A stretch of 64,000 bases of DNA from an uncultured Acidobacteriaceae bacterium (lineage in GTDB: Bacteria; Acidobacteriota; Terriglobia; Terriglobales; Acidobacteriaceae): the NCBI GenBank assembly GCA_963839225.1, contig CAWIVA010000034.1, positions 5,485 to 69,484 of the forward strand. The letters are read 5' to 3'. The notes under the pieces were generated by a model. It had not been told where the DNA came from. It did not search any database and worked only from the letters and a program-made list of their open reading frames with translations. Made by a program: the position numbers and the translations under genes. This document shows, piece after piece, positions 34,541-48,998 of the stretch (positions are counted from its first letter, which is position 1; the number at the start of each line of letters is the position of its first letter).

Positions 34541-35620
34541 CTATGCTTGCTGTGCGGTTTCGATCATGGCGAGAATGTTTTCGAGCGGCGTACCTGCCTG
34601 TACATTGTGACAGGAACAGCAAATGAATCCTTCACGCCCGGCGCCCAAAGTCTCCAGGCAACGGCGAACCTCGCGGCGAACGTCTTCCGGCGTTCCGCGC
34701 GGCAGTGCAAACTGGTTGTCCACGCCGCCGTGAAAAACAACGCGATGGCCGAACTCGCGCTTGAGTTCTTCCATTTCCATCCCCGGGCAGGCGTGCTGGA
34801 TCGGGTTCAGAACATCTACGCCGCAATCGAGAATTGGTCCCAGCAAACGGCGTGCGGCTCCGTCCGTATGGTAGAAAACCCGTAATCCATGCGCGTGAAT
34901 CAACTCGCACCAGCGCCTTAGCCGCGGCTCTAAATGCCGTTTCCATAAAATGGGCGACATCAACAGCGAAGTCTGCCCCGCAATATCGTCGCTGATGAAG
35001 ACCAGGTCCAGAAACTTTCCTGCGTATGCAAAGAAGCGGCGCATCATTTCACTTTGAATTTGCTCCACGCGGTCGAGAATGGCTTCCACGAGCTCCGGAG
35101 CCTGAATCAAATCCATCAGCGATTGTTCCAGCCCGCGCATCTGGCAATAAATTTCAAATAATGAAACCCATGGACCGATAACGGCAAAATCCCGTGCCGC
35201 CTGCTGTGCCTTTACTGTTGCGCCGTCATAATCGAATCGCTCGACACTCGGCCACCAGGGATAATCGTCCAGCGATTCAGGTGTGTTGTACGCAGCCAGC
35301 GGCGCTTCGCCGAACTCCGCATAATGGGCCTCGCCCGCCTCGATATCCTTCAGCGGCACTCCCCACACTGTGCGGCTGCCGCCCGCCTCGGCTCCTGCGC
35401 CTGATTGCGACCCCGCGCGCTCACCCTCTTCCGTCTTCAAATCCATGAACACCCAGACAATCTTGTCCAGGCCGAGCGCGCGATACATTGCCAGGTCGTC
35501 CGACACGCCGCAATGCCTGCGCAAAACTTCGCCGATCTCCGGCGTGTGCCACAAATCCAATGGCAGCCGATCCACCGGTTGACGGTTCAGGACGGCCAAT
35601 ATGCGTTCACGCGGATTCAT
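34541..35620 (-). CDS. uroporphyrinogen decarboxylase / cobalamin methyltransferase family protein
   Basis: MNPRERIL, RGLEQSLMDL, SDD, HTDG, GGVDNQ and CHNVQ. Confidence 0.85.
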   Translation of the reverse strand: MNPRERILAVLNRQPVDRLPLDLWHTPEIGEVLRRHCGVSDDLAMYRALGLDKIVWVFMDLKTEEGERAGSQSGAGAEAGGSRTVWGVPLKDIEAGEAHYAEFGEAPLAAYNTPESLDDYPWWPSVERFDYDGATVKAQQAARDFAVIGPWVSLFEIYCQMRGLEQSLMDLIQAPELVEAILDRVEQIQSEMMRRFFAYAGKFLDLVFISDDIAGQTSLLMSPILWKRHLEPRLRRWCELIHAHGLRVFYHTDGAARRLLGPILDCGVDVLNPIQHACPGMEMEELKREFGHRVVFHGGVDNQFALPRGTPEDVRREVRRCLETLGAGREGFICCSCHNVQAGTPLENILAMIETAQQA

Positions 35621-35681
35621 TCCGTTCAGTCACCTTGATCTGCGCCTGCGTGCTCTATTTGTGTGTTGTGCGGTCCGGCGT

Positions 35682-36227
35682 TCAGTCGAAGAGATCCGCA
35701 CCCCGCAGCAAGGCGCCGGCGCGATCCTTGTCAGAGATGATTGCGCTGTCTGCGTCGATCGGCCAGGGTATAGCCAGGTCGGGATCATTCCACGCAATGG
35801 TGCGCTCCCCGGCGGATGAATAATAGTCAGTTACTTTGTACGCGAAACCGGCCACATCCGTAAGCACAAGAAACGCATGGCCGAATCCCTGCGGAACCCA
35901 CAGCATTTCTCCATTCTCGCCGCTCAACTCGACGGCCACGTGCTTGGCAAATGTGGGCGAACTGCGCCGCAGATCCACAACAACGTCGAGCACAGCGCCG
36001 TGCGTCACCCGCACCAGCTTCCCCTGCGGCTGAATAACCTGGTAGTGAATCCCGCGCAGTACGTTCCTCTTCGAAATAGAAAAATTATCCTGCGGCCACG
36101 TCGAAGGCAGTCCCGCCTCCTCCATTGCACGCCGATTATAGGTCTCACAGAATGCGCCGCGGCTGTCGCGGTAAATTGCCGGGGTCAGCATCAGAACTCC
36201 CGGCAGTTCTGTCTTCGTGATCTTCAT
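35682..36227 (-). CDS. rfbC: dTDP-4-dehydrorhamnose 3,5-epimerase
   Basis: DSRGAF, LRGIHYQ, QGKLVRV and GFGHAF; start overlaps the rfbA stop. Confidence 0.95.
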   Translation of the reverse strand: MKITKTELPGVLMLTPAIYRDSRGAFCETYNRRAMEEAGLPSTWPQDNFSISKRNVLRGIHYQVIQPQGKLVRVTHGAVLDVVVDLRRSSPTFAKHVAVELSGENGEMLWVPQGFGHAFLVLTDVAGFAYKVTDYYSSAGERTIAWNDPDLAIPWPIDADSAIISDKDRAGALLRGADLFD

Positions 36228-37120
36228 AACTGTGCGGCCTTGACTGCAAAATTCTGTTCCCGCAGCAGGGCAAGCAGGTATTGCCCATACCCGCTCTTGC
36301 TGATCGGCTGTGCCAGCGCCTCCAACTGCTCCGCGGTGATAAAGCCCTGGCGATACGCAATTTCCTCCGGGCAAGCAATATTGAGGCCCTGTCGGCGTTC
36401 AATGGTATGAACAAAAAGTCCAGCCTCCAGCAACGAATCGTGAGTACCCGTATCCAGCCACGCCATGCCGCGGCTCATAATCTGCACGTTTAGTGTGCCG
36501 GCTTCAAGATAAAGACGGTTCAGGTCAGTGATCTCGAGTTCCCCACGCGCCGACGGCTTGAGCGACGAAGCGATGCTGGCCACCTGATTGTCGTAAAAAT
36601 AAAGTCCGGTCACCGCAAAGCGCGACTTGGGTGCCTTGGGCTTCTCTTCGAGACTAATGGCACGGCCTTCGGCGTCGAACTCCACTACTCCATAACGTTG
36701 TGGATCTTCCACCTGGTAAGCAAAGACCGTCGCCCCATGCTTCAGTTCCGCCGCGGACTGAAGCTGCCGCGAAAATCCCTGCCCATAAAAAATGTTGTCT
36801 CCCAAAATCAGGGCGCTGGTATCGGTGCCAATAAAATCCCGCCCAATCAGGAAGGCCTGCGCCAATCCGTCGGGACTGGGCTGGATGGCATAGCTGAAAT
36901 TGATGCCCCATTGGTGGCCGTCCCCCAGCAACTCGGCAAAGCGGCCCGTATCCTGCGGCGTGGAGATGATCAAAATATCTCGCAGTCCGGCCAGCATCAG
37001 CGTGCTCAGCGGGTAATAGATCATGGGCTTGTTATAGACCGGCAGCAGTTGCTTCGATACAACTGTGGTCACGGGATAAAGGCGCGTGCCCGATCCCCCC
37101 GCAAGAATGATCCCTTTCAT
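36224..37120 (-). CDS. rfbA: glucose-1-phosphate thymidylyltransferase
   Basis: [21 protein letters not shown] and WLDTGT. Confidence 0.97.
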   Translation of the reverse strand: MKGIILAGGSGTRLYPVTTVVSKQLLPVYNKPMIYYPLSTLMLAGLRDILIISTPQDTGRFAELLGDGHQWGINFSYAIQPSPDGLAQAFLIGRDFIGTDTSALILGDNIFYGQGFSRQLQSAAELKHGATVFAYQVEDPQRYGVVEFDAEGRAISLEEKPKAPKSRFAVTGLYFYDNQVASIASSLKPSARGELEITDLNRLYLEAGTLNVQIMSRGMAWLDTGTHDSLLEAGLFVHTIERRQGLNIACPEEIAYRQGFITAEQLEALAQPISKSGYGQYLLALLREQNFAVKAAQL

Positions 37121-38211
37121 AACGTGACCCGCTCCGTGTAGTTCTCTTTGATCCATTCCAAATAGGTCCCGGTGCGCACGCTCTCGACCCATGAAAAGTG
37201 GTCCAGGTACCAGCGAACGGTCTTGCGCAAGCCGCTCTCAAACTTTTCCGCAGGCTGCCAGCCCAGTTCGCGCGACAGCTTCGCGGCATCGATGGCATAC
37301 CGCCGGTCATGCCCGGGGCGATCTTTAACGTAGGTGATCAGTTTCCTGCGCGGGCCGATTGCGGCATCGGGTCGCATCTCGTCTACAAGATCGCAGATCA
37401 GGCAGACCACATCGATATTCGCGCGCTCGCTCATTCCCCCCACGTTATAAGTCGCCCCAATTCGCCCATTCGCCAAAACAGTGCGTATAGCCGAGCAATG
37501 ATCTTCCACGTAAAGCCAGTCGCGCACGTTTTTCCCGTCGCCATAGACCGGCAGCGGCTTGCCCTCCAGCGCATTGAGAATCATCAGCGGAATCAATTTC
37601 TCGGGAAACTGAAACGGACCGTAGTTGTTGGAGCAATTTGTGGTGAGCACCGGCAAACCCCAGGTATGGCAATACGCTCTTGCCAGGTGGTCTGAGGCTG
37701 CCTTCGAAGCCGCATAGGGGCTGTTGGGCGCGTAGGCCGTCGCCTCGGAAAAGGCCGGATCATCGGGCCCAAGCGAGCCATAAACCTCGTCGGTGGAGAC
37801 GTGAAGGAACCGAAATGTCTTGCGGTCTGCTTCGCTCAGCTCTGACCAGTAGGCCTTGGCCTGATCGAGAAGAACAAAAGTGCCCTGCACATTGGTGCGA
37901 ATGAAAGCTTCCGGAGAAACAATGGAGCGGTCCACGTGGCTTTCCGCGGCAAAATGAACGATGGCCCGAGGCTCATGTTCGCGCAGCAGCGCGCCCACTA
38001 GTTCTGCGTCGCAGATGTCGCCCCGCTTGAGCAGGTAACGTGAGTCCCCATCGAGCGCAGAAAGATTGGCGGGATTGCCCGCATAGGTCAGCAGGTCCAG
38101 ATTGACCACCGGCGAACCGGCAGCCTCAATCCAGCTCAGAATGAAATTCGAGCCGATGAACCCGGCCCCGCCCGTAACCAGTATCGTATCGCGCGTAGAA
38201 GTCTCCGAGAC
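37117..38211 (-). CDS. rfbB: dTDP-glucose 4,6-dehydratase, start codon not visible
   Basis: [11 protein letters not shown] lies in-frame upstream of the ORF-track start; AAESHVD, STDEVYG and YAASK. Confidence 0.93.
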   Translation of the reverse strand, partial: VSETSTRDTILVTGGAGFIGSNFILSWIEAAGSPVVNLDLLTYAGNPANLSALDGDSRYLLKRGDICDAELVGALLREHEPRAIVHFAAESHVDRSIVSPEAFIRTNVQGTFVLLDQAKAYWSELSEADRKTFRFLHVSTDEVYGSLGPDDPAFSEATAYAPNSPYAASKAASDHLARAYCHTWGLPVLTTNCSNNYGPFQFPEKLIPLMILNALEGKPLPVYGDGKNVRDWLYVEDHCSAIRTVLANGRIGATYNVGGMSERANIDVVCLICDLVDEMRPDAAIGPRRKLITYVKDRPGHDRRYAIDAAKLSRELGWQPAEKFESGLRKTVRWYLDHFSWVESVRTGTYLEWIKENYTERVTL

Positions 38212-38342
38212 TCAGTATAAGCCTCAAAATGCGCCACTTGCGATTCTATCTGGAAGCGGCGACGGTAGATATCCTGGAGCCGCCGCGCAAGGAAGTTCCA
38301 CCATTGAGGCGATTTTTTCGTTATATTAAAGATTCAGCCTAG

Positions 38343-38460
38343 TCCCGGACGCGGCCAGATCGGCTCAGGCAAGCATCCTCAAGAAGAATCAGGGCGATTT
38401 TCCTCAGCACAATCGCCGGGGGATGTGTCTTTCGGACAGGGTGAAGCTTCTGCACCGGGA
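38343..38460 (+). ncRNA. candidate structured cis-regulatory leader of gltB
   Basis: Nested complementary segments found by eye (see findings); no family recognised. Confidence 0.35.
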
Positions 38461-38481
38461 AATTCAACGAAAAGGGTTGCC

Positions 38482-43081
<4,600 letters not shown>

Positions 43082-43089
<8 letters not shown>

Positions 43090-44527
43090 GGTGACCGGAT
43101 TTTTAGAGATTCAGCGCGAACAGCCCACTCGCCGCAAGGTAGAAGATCGCCTTGTGGACTGGTTCGAAATCTATAATCCTTTCCCCGAAGAGAAGCAGCG
43201 CGAGCAGGGCGCTCGCTGCATGGATTGCGGCGTGCCCTTCTGCCACACCGGCTGCCCGGTCAATAACCTGATCCCCGACTGGAATGATCTGGTCTACAGC
43301 GGCCGCTGGGAGAGCGCCATTCGCCGCCTCCACGCCACCAACAACTTCCCTGAGTTCACCGGCCGCATCTGTCCCGCTCCCTGCGAAGCCGCCTGCGTGC
43401 TGAGCATCAATCAGCCGGCCGTCTCCATCAAACTCATCGAACGCAGCATCGTCGAGCGCGCCTGGGACGAGGGCTGGATTCAACCCGAACCGCCCGCGCA
43501 AGCCACCGGCAAGAAGGTAGCCGTCGTCGGCAGCGGGCCTGCCGGCTTAGCCGCCGCACAGCAGTTGCGCCGCGCCGGTCACACCGTCACCGTCTACGAG
43601 AAGAACGACCGCATCGGGGGCCTGTTGCGCTACGGCATCCCCAACTTTAAGCTGGAAAAACACGTCATCGATCGCCGCATCAAGCAGATGAAGGCCGAAG
43701 GCGTGAAGTTTGTCACCGACGCGCATGTTGGCGTAAATGTGCCGGTCGAAACCCTGACGGAAAACTTTGACGCCATCCTGCTCGCCGGGGGCTCAGAGCA
43801 TCCGCGCGATCTCAAGGTTCCGGGCCGCGAACTCAAGGGCATCCACTTTGCAATGGAATTCCTGCCCCAGCAGAACCGCCGCTGTGAAGGCGACCAGCTA
43901 GATCCCTCCATCGCCATCCTCGCCGAAGGCAAGCGTGTAGTCATCATCGGCGGCGGCGATACCGGTGCAGACTGCCTGGGCACCAGCCTTCGCCAGCACC
44001 CCTTGAGCGTTCACCAGTTCGAGATCATGCCCAAGCCTCCTGCCCATCGCGCCGCCTCCACGCCCTGGCCGCTGTGGCCATTGCAGTTGCGGACGGAAAG
44101 CTCCCACGAAGAGGGCGGCATCCGCGACTGGAGCGTGAACACCCTCCGCTTCACCGGCGACGAGAACGGCAATGTCAAGCAGTTGCACCTGGTGCGCGTA
44201 GGGCCGCCGCCCGCCTTCGAGCCCGTTACCGGTTCCGAGTTCATCCTCGAAGCCGATCTGGTCCTGCTGGCCATGGGCTTCCTCGGGCCCGTGCGTTCCG
44301 GCATGATCGAGCAATTGGGAGTGGCTCTCAACAATCGCGGCAACATCGCCACGCATGACGGCTATATGACCTCGGTTGACGGCATCTTTGCCGCCGGCGA
44401 TATGCGCCGCGGACAGTCGCTGGTAGTCTGGGCCATCTCTGAAGGCCGCAAAGCCGCCGCTGCCATCGATAGCTACCTGGCCGCAAAAGCAGAACCGCTG
44501 GAGCAACGCCATCACGCGCTGGCTTAA
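43082..44527 (+). CDS. gltD: glutamate synthase small subunit
   Basis: [25 protein letters not shown] and [14 protein letters not shown]. Confidence 0.97.
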
Positions 44528-44549
44528 GCCGCCTTTCAACCCCTCATGT

Positions 44550-45391
44550 TCAATTCAGAGTCTTGTTATGCTGAATCTGCTCTTCAAGCAGAGACAGGGT
44601 CACACCCTCGGCCTCCACGTCGTTCTCAATCTGATCTTCAAGCAGCAACAGAATCATACCCACAGCCACCACGTAATACCCCAGTTTGGGCAAATTCCAC
44701 ACCTCGCTCTCAATGTGGACCGCGGGCCACAAAGCCGTCATCAACGGCACCACCACAAACACCAGCGCCCACGCCAGGAATCCGGCCATGGTGATAAATG
44801 CGCCGGCCGTGGCGCGCCGGTAAGCGCGCCAGAAATGGATGCAGCAGCCGAAGTAAACGGTAAATAGCAGAGCATTCAAAGCCAGTGCAGCTCCGTTGCC
44901 GGGCCGATTCTGGATGATAAGCAGGAAGATCGAGAGCGGGCAATACTGGACCACATTCACCCAGCGCAACGAAGGTTCGAAATTGCGCATCGCCCTGAGC
45001 GCAACTGCCAGCGGCAGAAGGCCAAACAGAGAGCGGCCACGTTCAAAGCCCAATGCGGCGCAGGACCGGCGACAAGAAGGGGAATGTAGAGTGCGATTGC
45101 GCCCAGCAGCGCCGCCAGCATCCACCGGCTGAGTTCTCCTTGCGGTTGGGAACTGAGCCCCACATAAACAGCGTCCCGCCCCACGCCAGAGCAACCAAAC
45201 CCACACGGCGGCCAATACCCCCCAAACGCCAGGTATTTTCGTAAACAGAAATGCGGCAAAATGCACTACGATCATCAACCAGCCGACAGCCAAATCTTCG
45301 ATATATCGCGTCGGACGTCGCCGCGATATAGATGCAAACACGCACGCCAACAGGATTACGCCGCCAGGTCAGGAAGCTCACTCCAATTCAC
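44550..45391 (-). pseudogene. multi-TM sensor-like protein lacking an output domain, frameshifted
   Basis: GTG start MNWSELPDLA in another frame; many hydrophobic helices; stops just after a duplicated LLE(D/E)QI signalling-helix-like motif. Confidence 0.5.
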
Positions 45392-45686
45392 TGGTCTCAC
45401 CTCAACAATCTCGTTCGCACGAACTGCACGAACTCATGCCGAATAAAGTACCTGAATTTGAGCCCGCATCCACCCTTCCTGTGAAAACTGTTAGGCTCTA
45501 TAAGCCGGAGTGGAAGAACCGAAGCAAAACCACGGCAATCACGTTAGTCCCCCTCCAATCCTCGGCTGGGCATCATTTCCTCCTACGCCCACATAAAGAT
45601 AGTATAGACCTTGCCGGTTCTGTCTGTGCAAATTGCTCTATAGGAGGATGCCTCAGAAAGAAGAAACTGTCCTTCCGAAATATTTC

Positions 45687-45699
45687 TAAGTTGTTGATT
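45687..45699 (-). promoter_or_regulatory. IHF-consensus site just past the tRNA-Gln 3' end
   Basis: AATCAACAACTTA matches WATCAAN4TTR exactly. Confidence 0.5.
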
Positions 45700-45703
45700 T
45701 ATT

Positions 45704-45777
45704 TGGCTGCCCACCAGGGATTCGAACCCCAATATGCTGCTCCAGAGGCAGCTGTCCTACCATTGAACGAGTGGGCA
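45704..45777 (-). tRNA. tRNA-Gln(CTG)
   Basis: TGCCCACTCGTTCAATGGTAGGAC, GCTGC-CTCTGGA-GCAGC, GTTCGAATCC and CCA. Confidence 0.97.
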
Positions 45778-46070
45778 ACTCATTTGCACGTGCCTCTTGC
45801 GGGCAGCTTTGACCTCGCTCCGGCCAGGGTGCCGCAATCGAAGCCAGCTTGTTTATCATAAGTGGATTCCCACGGCATGGTCAAACCCCATCGGCATAAT
45901 CGGTTGCGACCGGCCCCGGACCCCGGCCAGTCACTGAAAGAAGAACGAGTAGCAGTCGCTTATCAAATCTTTAGCAATTCACTATTTGATCCTCATTGCA
46001 ATCCAGCACAATAGACCTCATGGTGCCATTTTGGCTGATATATCCCTATGATGTAGAATCAGCCCTGAGA

Positions 46071-46475
46071 ATGGAGTTATCCCTCAATCTCGCCTGGGTG
46101 GCGCTGGCGGCGCTGATGTTCTGCCAGTGGCTGCATCTTGCCTTGCGCACCGGCCCGGATCGAAACATTCAAAACCGCAGGGCGCAGTTCGTTGCCTTGG
46201 CCGTGCTTCTCCTCATCCTGTTTCCAGTAATCTCAGTCACCGACGACTTGCAGGCCATCCAGAATCCGGCCGAAACCGATTCCAGCATTCGCCGCGACCA
46301 CATCGTCTCCCACGCTCACTCCATCCCTTCCGCGGTCGTCGCCCTCCCACTACCGGTTTTCGCCGAGCGTTCCTTCGGCGCCCTGAGTCTTCGAGCACCC
46401 GGCAATCTACCCGCTCCAGCCCTCGACCATCCTGCCCTGGCCTCCGTTCAAAATCGCCCCCCTCCGGCAGCTTGA
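46071..46475 (+). CDS. small two-TM hypothetical protein leading the metal efflux operon
   Basis: MELSLNLAW..., LFPVISVTDDL and His cluster DHIVSHAH; TAGAAT upstream. Confidence 0.65.
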   Translation: MELSLNLAWVALAALMFCQWLHLALRTGPDRNIQNRRAQFVALAVLLLILFPVISVTDDLQAIQNPAETDSSIRRDHIVSHAHSIPSAVVALPLPVFAERSFGALSLRAPGNLPAPALDHPALASVQNRPPPAA

Positions 46476-46557
46476 TCGTTGCGCTATTCTTCCTACATCA
46501 TCAGTCGCCTCTTTCTCTTCTGTGTCCGCCGTGCAAACCACGGCGCAAAGGCTGTGT

Positions 46558-47838
46558 ATGAAGCAATTCCTCCCTTTTCTCTCTTTCCCGGCGGTAGCGG
46601 CGTTGCTGTTTTTTGCGCCAGTGCCGGTTCGCCGCCAGCAACCCCTTACCTGGGATCAGGTCAAGGCAAAATTCGAAGCGGCGAATCCAGGTTTGAAAGC
46701 GGATGCCGCTAACGTGGAGGAGATGAAGGCCGAGGAAATCACGGCCTTCCTCCGCCCCAATCCCCAGTTCACCGTATCGGCCGATGGCACTCAGATCGCG
46801 CCTCATGACGGAACCTGGGCTCCCTTCAGGGGCACCTACGAACAACCCAACTTCAGTTACCTGCATGAGCGCGAGCATAAACGGGAGTTGCGCTTACAGA
46901 GCGCCAAGGAAGGCACGCAAATCTCCCAGTCCCAGCACGTTGACCTTGAACGCAATCTGCTCTTCGGCCTCCGCTCGGCCTTTGTTCAGACTCTCCAGGC
47001 CAAGGCGGTGCTGCAACTGGCCAAAGCCGATCTGGATTATTGGGACAAAATCATCGAAATCAGCCGCGCCCGCTTCAACGCCGGCGACCTCGCAAAAATT
47101 GACCTCGCCCGGATCGAGCTGCAACGCGTGCAATACGAGTCTGAATTCGAAACTGCAATCGTCAACTTGCGCACCCAGAAGATTGCGCTTCTGCTGCTGC
47201 TCGACGACCGCACGCCGGTCGATCAATTCGATGTGACCGGGCTCTTCGAACTCGGGCCGGACCTGCAGCCCCTCGACAGCTATCACCAGGTTGCCCTCGA
47301 CAACCGGCCGGACCTGCGAGCCGCGATCCAGACCATCGAGCAGTCCCAAACCAATCACAAGCTTGCCTGGGCCAATGGCTCAACTGATCCCACCTTCGGC
47401 ACCTGGTACACCTATAACTCCTCGAACAATAACCCCAATGGCATTCAGACTCTCGGCCTCAGCGTCAGCATCCCTCTGCGAATCTTCGACAAAAACCAGG
47501 GCGAAAAGAAGCGCACGCTGATCGATATCGACAAAAGCCAGCAGGCCGCCGAAGCATCCAAGGCGCAAGTCTACAGCAATGTGGACGACGCCTATGAATT
47601 GGTGCGCAGCAATATTGCTTTGCTTAAGCCCTATAAAGCGCAATATCTCGATCAGTCAGTGTATGTCCGCGACACCGTGACTTACTCCTGGCAACACGGC
47701 GGAGCGTCGCTCATGGATTTTCTCAACGCACAGGCAGACTATCGGCTCGTTCAACTTGCCTACCTGCAGTTGATCGGCGCATATATGACTGCCGCCGCAC
47801 AACTGAATCTCGCTGTGGGACACGAGGTAATCCAATGA
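46558..47838 (+). CDS. czcC: TolC-family outer membrane factor (CzcC-like)
   Basis: Signal-like N-terminus; RPNPQF, NRPDL and LSVSIPLRIFDKNQG; first gene of the tripartite pump. Confidence 0.85.
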   Translation: MKQFLPFLSFPAVAALLFFAPVPVRRQQPLTWDQVKAKFEAANPGLKADAANVEEMKAEEITAFLRPNPQFTVSADGTQIAPHDGTWAPFRGTYEQPNFSYLHEREHKRELRLQSAKEGTQISQSQHVDLERNLLFGLRSAFVQTLQAKAVLQLAKADLDYWDKIIEISRARFNAGDLAKIDLARIELQRVQYESEFETAIVNLRTQKIALLLLLDDRTPVDQFDVTGLFELGPDLQPLDSYHQVALDNRPDLRAAIQTIEQSQTNHKLAWANGSTDPTFGTWYTYNSSNNNPNGIQTLGLSVSIPLRIFDKNQGEKKRTLIDIDKSQQAAEASKAQVYSNVDDAYELVRSNIALLKPYKAQYLDQSVYVRDTVTYSWQHGGASLMDFLNAQADYRLVQLAYLQLIGAYMTAAAQLNLAVGHEVIQ

Positions 47839-48995
47839 TTTTGAGTTCATTCTTCAGACAGTTCTCCCGGGCTTCGCTGGCTCTTGCGCTGGTAGCCGCA
47901 TTGGGTTCGGCTCTCTCGGGATGCAAAGGTAAAGAACAGGGCGATGGCGCTCCGCCCCCGGCACAAGTGATTCCGGTAGCCGACATGAACCTGATCACCA
48001 TCGACAAAGACGACGTTTCCAAGTTCCCGCTAATCGCCGCCGGCCAGGTCGAGTCCGCTTCCGAGTTGACGGCCACCGGCACGGTCTTTCCCGACATTGC
48101 CCGCGAGATTCCCGTCATTTCGCTTGCCAATGGACGCGTTGTCGACATCAAGGCCCGCCTCAATGACAACGTAAAAAAAGGCCAATTGCTCCTGAAGGTG
48201 CGGAGCTCCGATATCACCAACGCCTTCGATACCTACCTGAAAGCAGCCAATGACGAGCACATGGCCAACCTCGCTTACACGCGCGCCATCGACCTCTTCA
48301 ACCACGGAGCAATCTCGCAGGCCATGCTGGAGCAGGCCGAAGACACGGAGAACGATGCAAAAGCCGACCTTACCGCGGCTGCGGAGCAGTTGCAGACCCT
48401 GGGGGTGGACAAGAACCATGCCAGCAATGTCGTCAACGTTTACGCGCCCATCAGCGGCGTCATCGTCGCGCAAAACGTTACCCAGTCCGCCGCCGCGGGG
48501 GTAAACCTTTCCGGCACGGCCACAGCATTCACCATCGCCGATCTCTCTTCCGTCTGGGTCGTCTGCGACGTCTATGAAAACGATATTCCCCACATCCAAC
48601 TCGGCCAGGAAGCGCGCATCAGGCTCAACGCATTTCCCGACCACCCCATTACCGGCCGCATCAGCGACATTGGACCCATTCTCGATCCATCCATTCGCAC
48701 CGCCAAAGTTCGCATTGAAGTTCGCAATCCCGGCTTCTTAAGGCTGGGCATGTTCGTCACGGCGACATTCACAGGCAAAACGAAAGAAATACATGCCGCG
48801 GTTCCCGCGGATGCCGTCCTTCACCTCCACGACCGCGACTGGGTCTATCTCCCCGCAGGCGGCAACCAGTTCAAGCGCACTGAGGTACATGCCGGCAAAA
48901 TGCTCGAGGGAAACCGGCAGGAGATCCTCTCCGGCATTCAGCCCGGCGAGCAGGTAGTCACCAACGCATTGCTGCTTGAAACTGCAGGAAATTAG
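47835..48995 (+). CDS. czcB: RND periplasmic adaptor (CzcB-like lipoprotein)
   Basis: LSGC lipobox; APISGVI, IADLSSVWV and LRLGMF. Confidence 0.88.
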   Translation: MILSSFFRQFSRASLALALVAALGSALSGCKGKEQGDGAPPPAQVIPVADMNLITIDKDDVSKFPLIAAGQVESASELTATGTVFPDIAREIPVISLANGRVVDIKARLNDNVKKGQLLLKVRSSDITNAFDTYLKAANDEHMANLAYTRAIDLFNHGAISQAMLEQAEDTENDAKADLTAAAEQLQTLGVDKNHASNVVNVYAPISGVIVAQNVTQSAAAGVNLSGTATAFTIADLSSVWVVCDVYENDIPHIQLGQEARIRLNAFPDHPITGRISDIGPILDPSIRTAKVRIEVRNPGFLRLGMFVTATFTGKTKEIHAAVPADAVLHLHDRDWVYLPAGGNQFKRTEVHAGKMLEGNRQEILSGIQPGEQVVTNALLLETAGN

Positions 48996-48998
48996 TAG

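Noticed and set aside
45436-45861. 141-aa ORF spanning tRNA-Gln, and ORFs across tRNA-Leu
   Set aside because: They overlap tRNA genes and show no coding features
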